NCBI RefSeq assembly: GCF_001194135.2
Contig: NC_068995.1
Location: 54,894,812 to 54,958,811 of the forward strand
Source of the DNA: Octopus bimaculoides
Taxonomy: Eukaryota
Length of the DNA stretch: 64,000 nt
Direction of reading: 5' to 3'
Shown: one piece after another, positions 1 through 15,339 of the stretch
Numbering within the stretch: the stretch's first letter is position 1
Layout: the number at the start of each line of letters is the position of its first letter
Program-made: the position numbers and the translations under genes
Notes under the pieces: generated by a model
The model's database searches: none
Told to the model about the DNA's origin: nothing
The model's input: only the letters and a program-made list of their open reading frames with translations

Positions 1-94
1 GTTAGTAAAAAGACCTGTAAAATGAGCGTCTGTAGAATTAATATAACCTGAAGATAGAAAAAAATCAGATGGAAGTATAAAGATGAAGTCTTAA

Positions 95-758
<664 letters not shown>

Positions 759-2419
759 TGTTGTTATATTTGTTGTTTTTGTCCTTGTTGCTGGTCGTTA
801 CTGATTGTATTGATGTTGTTAGCGCAATAGTTTTCCTTTGGCCGTAAGGTGCAAGAAAGCACAAATTGGTGAGTAAGATTATTAAACAGCCACCTACCGG
901 AATACTGTATATCTAATATACTCCTCGGTGAAACATTAGGTTCTACTTTTGGTGAGTTAGATCTCAGACGTAAAGATGCATACTTAATACATCTTATTCA
1001 TATTGGATTTTTCTTTGATTAATACTGTGTATGACTATTCTTCATTTTATTATACAATGATTTCAAATGTAAAATAATATTTGCTATGAAGAATGTTTGC
1101 CTAACTTCGAATATACGTTAAATATCGCTTGCAATATGAGAAGATAAATAAGTCTTATACGATACTGTTGGTCACATAGTACTCTTCGTAGCCGAAAGAG
1201 GCTATAACGGGATTTTAAAAATAATATTCGGTAGAATAATATTTAACGGCAATCATGTTCTCAATAGAATATAAAAAAATGACAAGATGCCCTTTCATAT
1301 TATATATGTTTGAACGTAACATTCCATCATGTATACATGCTACTATACAATCGTATGTTTGTGCGCACACACGCGTGCAAGTATGTGTTGGCACACGTGT
1401 GCACGTCTGAATTTTAATATTAACTACCATACGCTTTCGCTGTTGCTACAGCCGCTATATATAAATATCAATTTGATCAAATATATTTCGAGACACTTAC
1501 AGCTGGATCCCACATAGATTTGTGTATTTTAGAACTAAATAACAGAATAGAATAAATATAATAATAAATGTATAATATGTAATAAATATATAGTTTAACA
1601 TTTACATTTGACAATATAATACTGATATATCAAGAGCTATTTATGATGATTTCGTGCTGCGTCAAACTTCGACTATTTAAAATATTATCTTTTATTTACA
1701 TTCTCTTGTAATTTTGTATTCTTTACTTATAATCACATGCCATGTATTAATAGGTATCTACTATATTAAAATGGCAAAGTATCAATATAATACTGTGCAT
1801 GATAAATGAACTCAGAAGTGAATAATATTGATCTGATGCACGTAATTGATTTACATGTAGGTTGGTATTTAGCTAAATGTAATTAACATGAAAAAATAAA
1901 ATCTGCGTGTTTTTTTTTTCATTTACTTCAAGAAATTCCTTAAATAATTTTTTGGTATTGCAACTTAATGTACTCTGATCGTAAAAGAGAAAAAGATAAA
2001 GAAGACCTAGACCTCAAAAATCATGTGTATAGTACTCTGTCTAGTAACACAAGAGACTGCTTAGAACACATTCATTAAATATTTGAAGGAAACCAGAATT
2101 TCCGCTGCGATTACTTTAAACCATACAGTAAATCACAAAATATGTATACAGGCGTAATTCAATGATATCTTCTTATAAACCTCTGGATGTAGATACTGTT
2201 CCGGTTAAAGGATAAGTTTGGTATATAGAATCACTGCCTTGTGTGTAGAATCACTGTTTAGTGTACAGAATCACAGTAAATAGAAAATTCTAGTAAGACA
2301 CATGAGAAATAGCAAGAAATCTACGGAAAGATGTATAGATAATATATATAAAACTGCCATGATATAAGGAACTATGCTTAAAGTACATTGAACGTAAGAA
2401 AAATATATGGAAATACACA

Positions 2420-2560
2420 AGATGGAAAGACAGAAATTGCCTTTCGTAGAAGTAGAGGATGCAGCAATAGATATATTTAAAAAGAAATGATTTTGACGTA
2501 TTTGATGGCAGTAGTTTCTATTGGCATGAAGAGAACACAAATACAGATTAGAATTGAAAA
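2420..2560 (+). mobile_element. Possible very old LINE reverse-transcriptase remnant
   Basis: Frameshifted translation IAFRRSRGC...DFDVFDG..FYW loosely matches the RT motifs GFRxxRSCxD and DFxKAFDxVxxxxLW. Confidence 0.25.
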
Positions 2561-3230
2561 TATGACGTAGTCGAACATGTTCTGAAAGTGCGAAATTAAA
2601 TCTATTAATGAAAACAGCACGTTTAACTAAACGTTTGAACTGGTGGTAAATACTCTAGATCAAAAGCAACATCGAAATACGAAGTGTTCACATGGATTTG
2701 TACTCAATACATTGGTACATGAAATATATATCATGTAATTTGAATCTTGGAGAAGTAACAAAAGAAAAAGCAGCTAAGAAAGCCATTCGAATCGCTTATT
2801 CGATATGAGCGCCTGTAAGATCCAGCAAAATATTTGACCTTATGCTTGTGCATATTTTAAATTCATTGCATTTTCCTTTGTGATTATAAATCATCCTGAC
2901 GTTAGGATTGTCTGACTTTAATTACTGAATGCAGCAGCAGATAGTGTCCTTTCTCACTTCGTGGATTCCGCAGATGATCGATCTCTCTCATTAATTTGAA
3001 AGCACTGTCTGAAAGACAATGCATTTTAATTAATGACTTTCTCCGTTTCTATTTCTATACGTACGCATATACCTGAATATGACTAAGTTAATGTATTTTG
3101 AATCAATTATCTCGAAACTTTATTCCATAGTTATCAATTATTTACATTGCAGGATCATGTACTCGCGACATGTGCGTTGCGGGGAGGTGTCTTCTATCTC
3201 CTAATAGAAATTTATCCTCTCTCCATGTGG

Positions 3231-3301
<71 letters not shown>

Positions 3302-4164
3302 TCTATTCTTATTGTAGTAGAGAATCCACCAATTCTAGCTCTCTATCTCTCTCTTCAATTATCCATCTATTTAATAACCAACATGTATATTTAGTTAAAC
3401 CGTATAAATTGGTGGGTTTATCTCGGTGTATATACATATACACAGTCATATATGTTTTAATACACATAAAATAACCATCCCCAAAATATATACTTATTTA
3501 GATGGTAATCTAGGTACTTTTATAGGCATACAAATTGACTATCAATATATTAGAGCAATTTCGGAGAAGTCGAAAATTCAAGAGATCTTTCCTATCATCT
3601 CCATGTTTCAATCGCTAAGGAACAATTACTGACACCTGTGTATCATTGTACAGAAAAATGTACTTTACACAGTTCAAAAGACAAGACGAACATCTCATGT
3701 AATGGCAAAAATTTGACTCGAAAACCATCAGGAATATTTCTTCTAATGTTCATAATTTCAAGTAAAAATTATTCCCGGGTCATTCACAAGCGGACATACG
3801 TATTAACAGTTATTGTGAAATAAGGAGTATTCATAGCGGAAACGTGTAGTCAATATTAGTGCACATAGCTTTGGGATAATAACTAAGATTAGACGACTAT
3901 GGTTAGATGACATGGGGTGTCATAATACTGAAAGGGATGTATGATAAAATTCAAGCAAAAAATATGTAACACAACAGCACATGGAAAATGATAATTCAAT
4001 AGTTTTCGGAATATGTCATTTAAAATGTTTGGTTCTGTACAATAGCTTTCGATTTTAACATGACTGCAGCTTTTTATCCTATAGTATAAACATCTCATTA
4101 ATGAATCACTTGAGAATACTCGAATGCACACGGCATAATTTTATTTAATAAATTTAATAATTTC

Positions 4165-4205
<41 letters not shown>

Positions 4206-7124
4206 AAACTAGTAATAGTGCAAATGATTCGATCCTCCAGTGCCGTCAATTGATAACGGGTATTCTCCAGACACCCTGACTGGTCTTCTTCTTCCAGTCT
4301 CCTTTTTGAGCTTTTGAACTAAAATATTCTTATTGGTACCTATGAATTCTCATTTTCATTACATTGTGTATCAAAAAATGTCCACAAAAAAATAAAAATA
4401 CTTGGTATCACGAACATAGAGCAAAAGAAACTGACGTGGATTTTCCAAATAAAACCTATTAGTAGCACAGTGAATATGTGTATGACATTTAAAAAATTCT
4501 CCATTTGAGATTCTTATGTGAATGCATGCACAAACTAGGGAGTATGCATCGACAGCTCAACCAACACACCAATTCAACCACTGATTTTGAAACACCAGGA
4601 ACTCTCTTAAAATGAACTTGAAAAACATTCTACGAAAATAATCCTCCCATACATTCAAACATATATACATACGTATATATACATATAATATACATATATA
4701 TATATANNNNNNNNNNNNNNNNNNNNNNNNNNNNNNNNNNNNNNNNNNNNNNNNNNNNNNNNNNNNNNNNNNNATATATATATGTATATATATATATATA
4801 TATGTATATGTATGTGTGTTTGTGTGCGTGTGCGTGTGTGTAAATATATGTATATATTTATATATATATATATATATATATAAATACATATATAAGCCTC
4901 TTGCAATGATTTTTTATTTGTATGTTTGTATGCTTGTATATTTCTCTAAATATAATGTATATTGTTGTATATTATATTTCAAACGAATATTTTCACATAT
5001 TAGTTTTTAGTATCTTGAGGTCACAGATGTAAATGTTAATCTAAGAATAATTTCTTTCAAAGCAATTTACCGTGAGAGAAGAAAAAACAATTATCAACAT
5101 TTTGATACTTGTTGAGTTAAAACTTAATTTAAATCTTAAAAAGTAAGTCAAAAAATCAATACCTTCAGCGTAAAATGCTTTCATAATCAGAATATATTTC
5201 AAAATAAATGTTGAAAATATTTGTTGTATTTTTTTGTATTAAAGATAACAGAATTGTTTTTACTTGCATGCGTTTTGCGATGTTTTCATAAATGATAAAG
5301 CTGCTGAAAGTCGATTTTCACGCCTATACCTGAGATGTAATGAAAAAATCTTATTATCCTCTGACGTTTCAAGGAAGATTCAATTGAAAATTAGACAATA
5401 TGTACAAACCTTCAAATGAAAAATAATTATATGAGGAAAAAAGCTGCAGGAGAGTAATCTCTTTGTGAAATTCAAAATTACTTAATTCCATTTCAAAAGG
5501 TGTATTGTTGACATCAGACATGTGAGGTATTTTAAAATAGCCTTGTTTTACATTCATTTAATTTAAAGACATGAAATATAAACGTGACAACTGGTAAAAA
5601 GCACCCTTAGAATATGTTGGTAGGTATTTAGATACGAGTATATTCTCGACACAATTGGAAATGCCCCACCATAAAGATATAATATTTCCTTTGATTGTGA
5701 CGAATTTAATTTTTCAGATAAATGTAGTGGCATTAAATCCTTGCCCATACATATTCAGATGCATAAATACGCGCGCGGAAACGCATAGCCACAAATGCGT
5801 TCATGCTTAAACTTCAGCACACTTAGGCTTATGGAATTCTATCTATTTATATATCTAGCTCGCTAGCAATATAATGAAATGAATAATATCCAATATACGA
5901 TGGATATTTGTCTGCTCATCACGGCTGTTTCTTACGCATCTCTTTAATAGTAGAATGAGAACATTACTCCGTTATAAAAAACCGTAATCATCAGATGAAG
6001 AGCAATTTTACAAACAAACGAATATCCGAGAATACACCAGGGAAGTGGCGGAAGTCTGTGAATTGACTTAAAAATCAGAATGAAACAAAATCAAGAGTCA
6101 TCTACTATTCAAAATGCAATAAGAGAAATTTGCATTGATAGTGACTGCAGCAGAATAACAAGGAAAAGAAGAGATAATTTCTACACAAAAACGCGCGCAC
6201 ACACACTCTCATATCCGCACACACACTCACACACATATATTGACTTTCGGTAGGTTAGGGGTATTATATAGAATGCGTTTGTGTATTTATAACGATGTTT
6301 TGCAAAATCATCTGATTCAATGAAAATGTTCAGAGTCAGGAGAAATTACTAAGATCTTGTTTATATGTATAGATGTAGATTTGCAATTTCATATATAAAT
6401 ATCGAATAATAGATTATAAAATGATTTAATATAAAAAAGACAATAACATCTCAGTAATATTGATTATGAGTAACATTAATTTTCATTTTCATACAACCAT
6501 CATTTAGATCTATTTAGAATTATTTGTAGGAATAGCAATTTATAATTTATTTAGATATCAATCACTTTAGAGTACGGAAATCTCTTGTGTGTTGGCATTC
6601 ACTTTCGTTTTCGACAATTTTTAATTTTAGGTCATTAAAACACTTTTATTCTACTACATATTTATGCAAACACATGTTGCTCTGTCTCATATATNNNNNN
6701 NNNNNNNNNNNNNNNNNNNNNNNNNNNNNNNNNNNNNNNNNNNNNNNNNNNNNNNNNNNNNNNNNNNNNNNNNNNNNNNNNNNNNNNNNNNNNNNNNNNN
6801 NNNNNNNNNNNNNNNNNNNNNNNNNNNNNNNNNNNNNNNNNNNNNNNNNNNNNNNNNNNNNNNNNNNNNNNNNNNNNNNNNNNNNNNNNNNNNNNNNNNN
6901 NNNNNNNNNNNNNNNNNNNNNNNNNNNNNNNNNNNNNNNNNNNNNNNNNNNNNNNNNNNNNNNNNNNNNNNNNNNNNNNNNNNNNNNNNNNNNNNNNNNN
7001 NNNNNNNNNNNNNNNNNNNNNNNNNNNNNNNNNNNNNNNNNNNNNNNNNNNNNNNTGTATAACTATGAAACACTTATACTTTTCTGCCACTACATATTAC
7101 TCTATCTCATATGAATATATATAT

Positions 7125-7188
7125 AAGCCGGACGAAATGCCACTAAACATTTTGTCCAGCATTCTAACGATTCTGCAGGCTGGCCGCC
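7125..7188 (-). mobile_element. 5' part of tRNA-derived SINE (family A)
   Basis: The reverse complement GGCGGCCAGCCTGCAGAATCGTTAGAATGCTGGACAAAATG matches the head of the better-preserved copies at 13541-13756 and 26105-26300. Confidence 0.7.
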
Positions 7189-7224
7189 TTAAAGAAAAAA
7201 CAAAATATTAGTCAAACAGCTGTC

Positions 7225-7410
7225 AGGACTTTGGCGAGGAACAAAATATTAGCGGTATTATTGACTATTTACGTCTTGAGTTCAAAAGCATCGAGGTCAA
7301 GTTTGGCGTTTATCGTTTTACAGTTGGGAAGGTAGGGTACAATGCAAAACAAGGGTTGATGTAATCGACTAGCCTGTTGCGATTAGTATTACTGGAATTG
7401 TGCCTAATGG
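7225..7410 (+). mobile_element. Degenerate SINE family A copy, head-to-head with the copy at 7125-7188
   Basis: Contains TTAGCGGTATT...TTGAGTTCAAA (B-box-like)...GAGGTCAAGTTTG...GGGTTGATGTAATCGACT, collinear with the other copies. Confidence 0.6.
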
Positions 7411-8146
7411 TAACGGTGATTCTGAAAGAAGGCTATACTTGATATAAAACTGACAACTTCCAGCTTAAAGATGAGATTTCCATACCCTCCTTTTCCCGGT
7501 TATATAAAATCAATTTAAGATACACGAATTTTTTAGGCATAGTGAATAATTACTTAAGTATATCAGAAATCAATAATACGATGTAAGATTTACTATGCAG
7601 TACAGATTCTGTCATGGACAAATGCATCAAAACACGTGGGTATATCTGCATATTAAATATTTCAAATACCAGGAGTGTCTCGAGGCATCAACATGCACAT
7701 GTGTATACATATACGCATTAATACACACACACAATGACGTAGATAGATAGATAGATAGATAGATATAATGCGACTTTATTGGTTTTGACTGTGAGATGTC
7801 AGTTGTTCCATCATATAAACTTCGGCTGTTCATTTAATTTTCGTATCAAGAGTTGAACGGTCCTGAAGCAATTTTAGCGTTATTGTTATTTGCATTGGGC
7901 ATCGGGGTAACATAACAAGCAATGAGGCCTTGTGGTCATTTGGATTATTGTTATAATCCATTTGACGAATTCTTATACTGCTTCATTGCTCACAAGTGTA
8001 ATCAAGATGTTCACATTGCTTCCAGATTACTGTAGTTGACGCGTAATATTTGCAAGTGCGACTCGAATTCTTTACTATTCAAGTATGCCCCTTACACATA
8101 CACATAACACAAAGATACACACACTTATATTATTGTCATATACATA

Positions 8147-8858
8147 TACACACGGTGCAACAAACTGATCTGACATATTTGTAGGTTTAATAAAAGAAGA
8201 ATCGAGTAAAGAACGGAAAAGTGTTTTCATTTGCGAAATGTACATATAATGCAATTTTGTTTCGTTTGGTTTCAAAATTAAATCATTCAAGTGGATGCCG
8301 TAACTGTCTACACACTGTCGAAGGCGTTCACGAAAGTTATCCATAACTCGACGGGTCATTTCATATGGAATGGCAATAATTTCTTGACCAATGGCATCTT
8401 TTAATTGTTCAATAGGTCGAGGACGATGAGTGTATACATTTGATTTCATGTATCTCCACAGAAAAAAAAATCGCACGGGTTCAAATCAGATGATCGGATG
8501 GGTGAACCGATGTCACATTGAGATCAATTGACCGGGAAACATCTTCCTGAAAAAGTTATCATCGCAGGACGAGTTCACGGCTTTTGCCCCATCTTGTTGA
8601 AAATAAACATTGTACCTAACGTCGAGCTCATTCAGATTTGGGTTTCAGAACATTCTCTAGCATCAGACAATATTGATCAAAGTTCACAGCCATTGTAACG
8701 TTGTCTTCTTCCCAGAAGTACGGACACCAAATGCCGAATTCTGCTACCGCACACCATACCGTCACCCGAGAACAATACAAGGGGCGTTCATGCAACGCAT
8801 GTGGGTTGTTCTCATCCCAGTATCGGAAGTTTTGCTTATTCACGCTGCAACACAGGTT
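8147..8858 (-). mobile_element. 5'-truncated Tc1/mariner transposon, rosa/DD41D-type transposase pseudogene with 3' terminal region
   Basis: Minus-strand translation gives VNKQNFRYWDENNPHALHERPLYCSRVTVWCAVAEFGIWCPYFWEE...VYFQQDGA...DLNPCDFFLW-YMKSNVYTHRPRPIEQLKDAIGQEIIAIPYEMTRRVMDNFRERLRQCVDSYGIHLNDLILK. The QQD-to-PCD distance is 118 nt, against 123 expected for 41 codons, so small deletions are present. A putative TIR start (TACACACGGTGCAACAAACTGATCTGACA) lies at ~8147; the partner TIR was not found. Confidence 0.88.
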
Positions 8859-8859
8859 C

Positions 8860-9036
8860 TCAGCAATTTGTCCGTCATTACCTTGTGTGTTCAAATTCCG
8901 CTGAAGACGTTCTTACCTTTCATTTGTTTGAGGAGTGGTCGATAAAAGAAATAACAATTGAATATTTGGATCGATGTTATCGACTTATCACCTCCCACAA
9001 AATTGCTGGTTTTGTGCCAGAATGCGAAACCAATAT
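8860..9036 (+). mobile_element. SINE family A copy (5'-clipped) abutting the transposase break point
   Basis: GTCCGTCATTACCTTGTGTGTTCAAATTCCGCTGAAG...CCTTTCAT...GGTCGATAAAAG...GATCGATGTTATCGACTTATCACCTCCCACAAAATTGCTGG matches the reverse complement of 13541-13756. Confidence 0.75.
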
Positions 9037-9859
9037 AAACGAAGCTTAACACAGCTATTTTCGTTTCAAATTTCAATGTGCGCATGCAGCTGCATCACAG
9101 TTTTAATATGGTGTACTTTGAGCGTCGAAATAAAATCTTCCTAGTAAAAGAGAATCCGATAATGCCATAAACGTGTGTACTGCAGTGTAAAATCGTGTTA
9201 ATTATCAGTAAAACATTATGCTAAATTCTATGCATGTTTAAAATACATCTCCATACACGGTGTGTCTAACTGAAAAGAGGTATTGATTTATGAACATAGT
9301 CAATGTTTTAATTCGAGATACTTAATAACCATTGTCGGAATACGTATTAATGTTCCTAACGTATTGAAGAACGCGTTAAACTCTCTTAATACACACCTTT
9401 CTATATATATTTTGAGCTAGCAGGCAAACCATTTGGTATTAACCGCAATTTTCTCTCTATTTTGTGAAATGTGTTTAATTATAATTATACATAATGATTT
9501 GAATATTTTACACTTCAAAGAAATGATATTTTTATATACATTCTAATGCTGAGTGAGATGTGCTGTATGTGCAATTACGATCTACTCCTTCTCTATTTAG
9601 CTCCACAATTTACTCACACAGTTAATATTCTTGGCATAACTATGATACTAAAAATAAAGGATCTCTCTCCCCTTCTAAAAATATTAGAGATATTGGTTTT
9701 ACTTGAAGCAATTTATCAGTTTCATGTATTACTCTGACTGTATAGGTTAGCCTCAGATTCGAATCATTCCAACAGTAATACGTTCAAATGTATATCGTTG
9801 ATCGGTTGTTTGAGAATTATATATAGGATTAAGGCATTTTTCCTACTATAGGTATAAAG

Positions 9860-9909
9860 TCCGCTAAGTATTTCGTCCGGCGTGCTAACGATTCTGTCAA
9901 CTCACAGCC
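9860..9909 (-). mobile_element. 5' head fragment of SINE family A
   Basis: CCGCTAAGTATTTCGTCCGGCGTGCTAACGATTCTGTCAACTC is nearly identical to 26252-26295. Confidence 0.75.
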
Positions 9910-10439
9910 TTGTATTTAGGATCAAGACATCGAATGCGCATCTGTTGTTTTAGACATTTGTGGCTGATGTAAATGAGGTTTTAGTTTGAATGGTACTGCC
10001 TTTTTCAACGTTATTCTGAAAAAAATTAAGTAGAAATTGACCCTCAAAAAATTCCTCCAAGAAGTACCAAGCAAACAACTAACACCTTCATACGTCTTGG
10101 TCAAGAACAACTCTTTGCTGGAGTGATGTCCTGAAACATGACTTAAAAGACCTCTTCCACCTTTGAACTTTTTTCTTTTAACACCTCGAATGTGAAATCT
10201 CTACCTTGAACACAGAGGCTCCAAAGGTGGAATCAATATACAAACATCATTTTTGATCACCGAGCCCCCATACACGCACCCACAAACACATACACACACA
10301 CAAACACAAACACACACACATATATACAAAAATACACACATACAAAATGTTTGTACACACCCTTTGTATATACCGGAAGATAAAAAAAGAAAAATTATTC
10401 GCAAAAATATATTAAATTACTAAAATTACTGATTGTATA

Positions 10440-10484
<45 letters not shown>

Positions 10485-10587
10485 GTGTGTGTGTGTGCGT
10501 GTTTGTGTGTGTTTATGTGTTTGTGTATCGATCTCGATCGCTCTCTATAAACATATACATATATGTAAGTGTGTGTGTTTGTATATG

Positions 10588-10634
<47 letters not shown>

Positions 10635-10660
10635 GTATATATCAAGAATGTGTTTGAGTA

Positions 10661-10694
<34 letters not shown>

Positions 10695-11646
10695 CGGGGG
10701 GAATTTTGTATATACGAAATTTTTCCCATTTTATATGCATGTGTATATACATGCATATATATATATATGCCTGTCTTCAAGTATTCGTCGTAAATATACA
10801 CATTAATTTATTTTCATGAAGATGTTAATGTATTCAGAAGAAATCAGCTACATTCAGACGCACTCGTTTCGTTATGGCAAATTTTGTTATTAGTCAGCAT
10901 CGAAAAAGTAACGTTTATTTGCATATTTTATACTGGAAATGAAATTATACTGTACTGGTTAAAGTTAATATATATGCAACATGCTGGAAGTAAGAATAAT
11001 GCTGGTGATTTAGTAAAATAACTTGCTTCAGATCAGTATGTCCTACTGCCAAAAATAGCATAGTTGCGCATTTTACGGCTACAAAATAAAGAGATATCTA
11101 CTCTAGTATTTGATTCTATTAAGAGTTAAATCATACATTTATGTATATATATATATATATATATATATCGATAATTCACATAAAATTATATTTGAATGTT
11201 TTTTTCATTGATACGGATACATACGCATAAAGATGTATATGCGTGTCCTGTGTGTTAGAATGAGAGAATGTTTTTTCTATATGCGTTTGCATATATTATG
11301 ACATTTGGTGAAATATTCCATGCTTCTTATCTAAATTATTTACGGTCTTACATTAACAGAAGGGTTTATTTAATCTGAAACTGAAATTAGAATATATTAA
11401 TGTGTATAAATGTGCCATTGGCTTGACCTTTCATCATGCATACAAATTCGCATTTTTATTGTATTGATACACAAACCTCTATATTTCCACATTTAGAGCA
11501 TGCAATCTTGGTTCTTTTTCAAGGTTATATCTTTTTATCTTTCCTTTTGTTTCAGTCGCGAGACTGCGACCATTACTTAGGCACCGTCTTGGAGAATTAT
11601 AGCCTAACTATTCAAATCCAGGGCATTTAATTTAAAGACACTCACA

Positions 11647-11717
<71 letters not shown>

Positions 11718-13540
11718 GCATAAAATCGGGATTCTTACAATTTCCGTCCACCAAATCCACTCAACGCTATCGTTGAAGACACTAACCCAAAATGCACGCA
11801 TTGGGATGGAATCTAGATCTATATGGTTATGGTTAAACAACTTTAACAAAGAAAATGTTATATCCCAATAATTCATATAACATAATATTTGTATGTAATT
11901 AGTATTTTCTTGGCGAAAACCCTGTAAAATGAAGAACCTTTATACAAGTGTATAAAGTGTATAAACTTTATACAAATGTATTTATGTATATATGCCTGGT
12001 CATGTACAACATTTAGATTGTACCAATTCAGTTAGTAATGCGAAACTCAGCAAATTGTTGGGAACCTGATATATTTTGTGGAAATGAGTTATTCTTTTTT
12101 ATATAAACCAAACTCTAAATGTGCAAAATCAGAAAGAGATTACCTGACAATTTTGTCAAGCCTCGTGACAGATTAGCGTAATATTCAACAGATTAGATTC
12201 TTGTTATGAAGTTTGGGTGTCATTTTTTAGACACTCTCCATCCCCATATTTACTTTTTATATTAAAACATACGCTCTATACATCCAATTACAAACAAATG
12301 TCTGATAAAATGAAAAACGGTACTAAAAGTTATTATATCAGTGTAATAAGCATCGATACTGTAATGACTTTGCTCATTGATTTGATATACCCGACAAATG
12401 ACGGGCTGCAAGGGTTATATATCTTGAATACTTCATACGAAGTGGTGATGCACTAAATGCAAGCCATGTACTAGATGATAACTAGATCAAAGGACAAACA
12501 CTTACCAATGGTTAGAACCTTTATAAAATGCAATAATTTAGGCCCTTAACAACACCAGAAATTGGAATGACAATATCTAAGTACCAAATAACTACTTCAA
12601 TGTTCCAATACTACCAAAGTATACGTTTTTTTTACAAATTATAATAAAGAAAACCATGAGAGAAAATGAAGTAATAATTTTAGAACTGAGTTTCTCTAAT
12701 ACGACAATTAATGATAGCTTTGAAAAATGATACGGTCGTTTCCTTAACTAATAAGGCTCCCGATTACATTGATATTATCACCGCTACGCTACACGTTGGT
12801 TTTCATATAATTCAATATCTTGTACAGCAATTATAGTGTGATTTTCTATGTTGAATAGCATTTACACGTGTTAATATCTGAGGTTGAATATATTAAATAA
12901 CATCAAAGACTTCAACAGTGTTATTGCAGCCTTAAATAGGAATTCATTTGCACGGTCATTAATAATTTACAGCATGCCAGTCTCAATCAGAGAAATATAT
13001 TAATAAGATGTGAGATCATTAATTAAACCTCATGGTAAGATTAAACAAATTCATTGTTCATCCATATTTAGTTATCGAATCACATAGAACAATAACTAAA
13101 ATTTATATCATGATTGTCTATTAGATGTGTTAATAAAGTTAATATATCTGTAGATATTGATATCAATATGTATTCAGATATTAAATGAGAACTTATAAAT
13201 CTATGAGAGGATACTATTTCAAATATATAATTGATATGGAGTTTGTTGCAGTGTACACAGTGGAAATTGTGAAGCAATACTTGCTCGGAAATTGCTGGGA
13301 CACATTTAATATTGTTTCTTGGTGTAACTATATGACCATAGAAAACGAGAGTTGTTGGCAAATAATGAAGTGAATATTATGAAAGATAACTTTTTTGCCC
13401 TCCTCTAATTCTGAGATCAAAACAGATTGGCACTATATGCTTCTGTGACATATTATCTTCTGTAAAGACTAAAGCAAAATAGAAAGAAACGAAGAAAGAA
13501 ATCTGGTAACAGTCAATAACTTCCTTTAGAAATCTATGAT

Positions 13541-13756
13541 ATTCTTTTCTATTCTAGCCACAAAGTCCGAACTTTTGGCAGAGGGGGGCCAGTCGATTAG
13601 ATCGACCCCAGTACGTAACTGATGCTTAATTTATCGACCCTGAAAGTATGAAAGGCAAAGTCGACCTCGGTGGAATTTGAACTCAGTTCGTAAAGACAGA
13701 CGAAATACTGCTACGCATTTCGCCCGGCGTGCTAACCACTCTGCCAGCTCGCCGCC
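13541..13756 (-). mobile_element. Near full-length tRNA-derived SINE (family A)
   Basis: The minus strand starts GGCGGCGAGCTGGCAGAGTGGTTAGC (A box TGGCAGAGTGG), has a B box GAGTTCAAATTCC, then the body GACTTTGCCTTTCAT...GGGTCGATAAATTAAG and the palindromic tail GTCGATCTAATCGAC. About 10 copies occur in the window. Confidence 0.9.
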
Positions 13757-14164
13757 ATAGAAATTTATGATATTATGATGGAAATGTGTGTAGTAATTTG
13801 AATATATCATTAACTTTATCTCTCTATCTACTTTTCTCTCTATGTATGTATACACTTACACACATACACACCCACACGCACTCACACGCACGCATATGTG
13901 AGTGTGTGTGTGCGTGCGCGCGGAGGAACGCACTATTTGACTGGAGTAAAATAGAAACCATTGAGTATCTGCATAAGTAGAGTCAAGTCTAGATAGTTTT
14001 GTTCTGGCATCGAGACTTATTACTTATAATAAAGATGTCAAACGAAAGTATGGTATATTGACATATTTTAATTAGTACGTTTGTGATTGCCGTATTAGTA
14101 TAATACATAATATATATATATATATATATATATATACACTGTATTTTCTGAGGTTATTTTTATT

Positions 14165-14315
14165 TAAAGTTCCGAGTCTGAATATTGCTGAATTCAACAT
14201 TACCTTTCATACCTTTAGGGGCGCGCGATAGAATAAGTAGGAGTTGAACACTGGAGTTAATATAATAGATTTCCTCCCTCCATGATAATGGCTTGCTTGT
14301 ACCAAAGTATGAATC
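14165..14315 (+). mobile_element. Degenerate SINE family A body
   Basis: TTCCGAGTCTGAATATTGCTGAATTCAACATTACCTTTCATACCTTT...GATAGAATAAGTAGGAGTTGAACACTGG is collinear with family A. Confidence 0.5.
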
Positions 14316-15339
14316 CCTTTAAGGAGAACGCAAGAGTATACAAGTGTTGCCGATCACAATATAAAGTATGGAAGATAAGTGTTAGTGTATTTTGAATGAC
14401 ACTATTTAGATTTTAGTATCTCTAATTTTCTTCTCATTAAAGTATTATGATCCGGATTATAAAACTATTGGATTAAAAGTTTCATTCCTCATTAGAAAAT
14501 ATTACTAACTATTCGAAAACTGCACTGAAGTAGGACTGCAGCTCTCTATTAAGTATGCTGAATAAAATATGCTATAACAATAACTCATTACAATTAATGT
14601 TTGAAGTTAATAATTTCGCATACGACTCATACTCTACTCTGAAATAAAGACATAAATTGCTACTAAATACGAAAAAAATAATAATAACAATACTCATATG
14701 CACATTAATATTATTCGTCTAATATTTATGATTTATTATTTCTCATGAAACGACACACATTTCATATAACATTTATTAACGATCGTGTTCCTCCAGTACC
14801 TTCATTTCTATCACTGACTACAATAACACTCAAATAGTGTAGCCCATTTATTTAACATTATATAACGCAATTATTCATAACATGCTGCTTATTTAGAGGG
14901 TTACACTAAAAATTATCAACACATATTCATTAAAATTTTAAGAATACCTCCGTGTCAGCATAACATTTCTAAAATACCGCGCTAATCCTTGATTTTGTAT
15001 TTAGATGTTATGTCTGATTCTTGGATGCATGTGATGTTTGATGGTATCCATTAATCTCCAGAATATCTGGATCTTCGTTTACGAAATCTTGTTTGGTCTT
15101 CTTGTAATTTTTAGAATCAGAATCTATGCACGAAAAACAATGTAAAGTTTTTTCTGGTATGTAAAGTGCAGCATTTGGCTGGTACAATGAATGTTTACGG
15201 CCAAAACTGATTGAGTTTTACACACTTAATTGATTGTATCTTTATTACCAACTCTTCCAAAATAACCACATACCCGCTTCAGGCACTGGTCATACACAAG
15301 GGTCTGTCGTTTGAAGTATGTGTGCATGACGCGAGTGTT

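Noticed and set aside
2228-2280. TAGAATCACTG recurring three times at ~20-bp spacing (CRISPR-like at first glance)
   Set aside because: A short degenerate tandem repeat with no unique spacers, in eukaryotic DNA with no cas genes.
5369-5748. Two adjacent minus-strand ORFs with a vague LRR-like leucine pattern
   Set aside because: They are in different frames, have no clear LxxLxLxxN repeats and no supported splice sites. AT-rich codon bias explains the L/N/F content.
13185-13373. ORF with FVAVYTVEIVK...WDTF resembling an ion-channel S2-S3 segment
   Set aside because: The motif spacing is too short, and the nearby acceptor (13177) leads to a stop in this frame. Probably chance.
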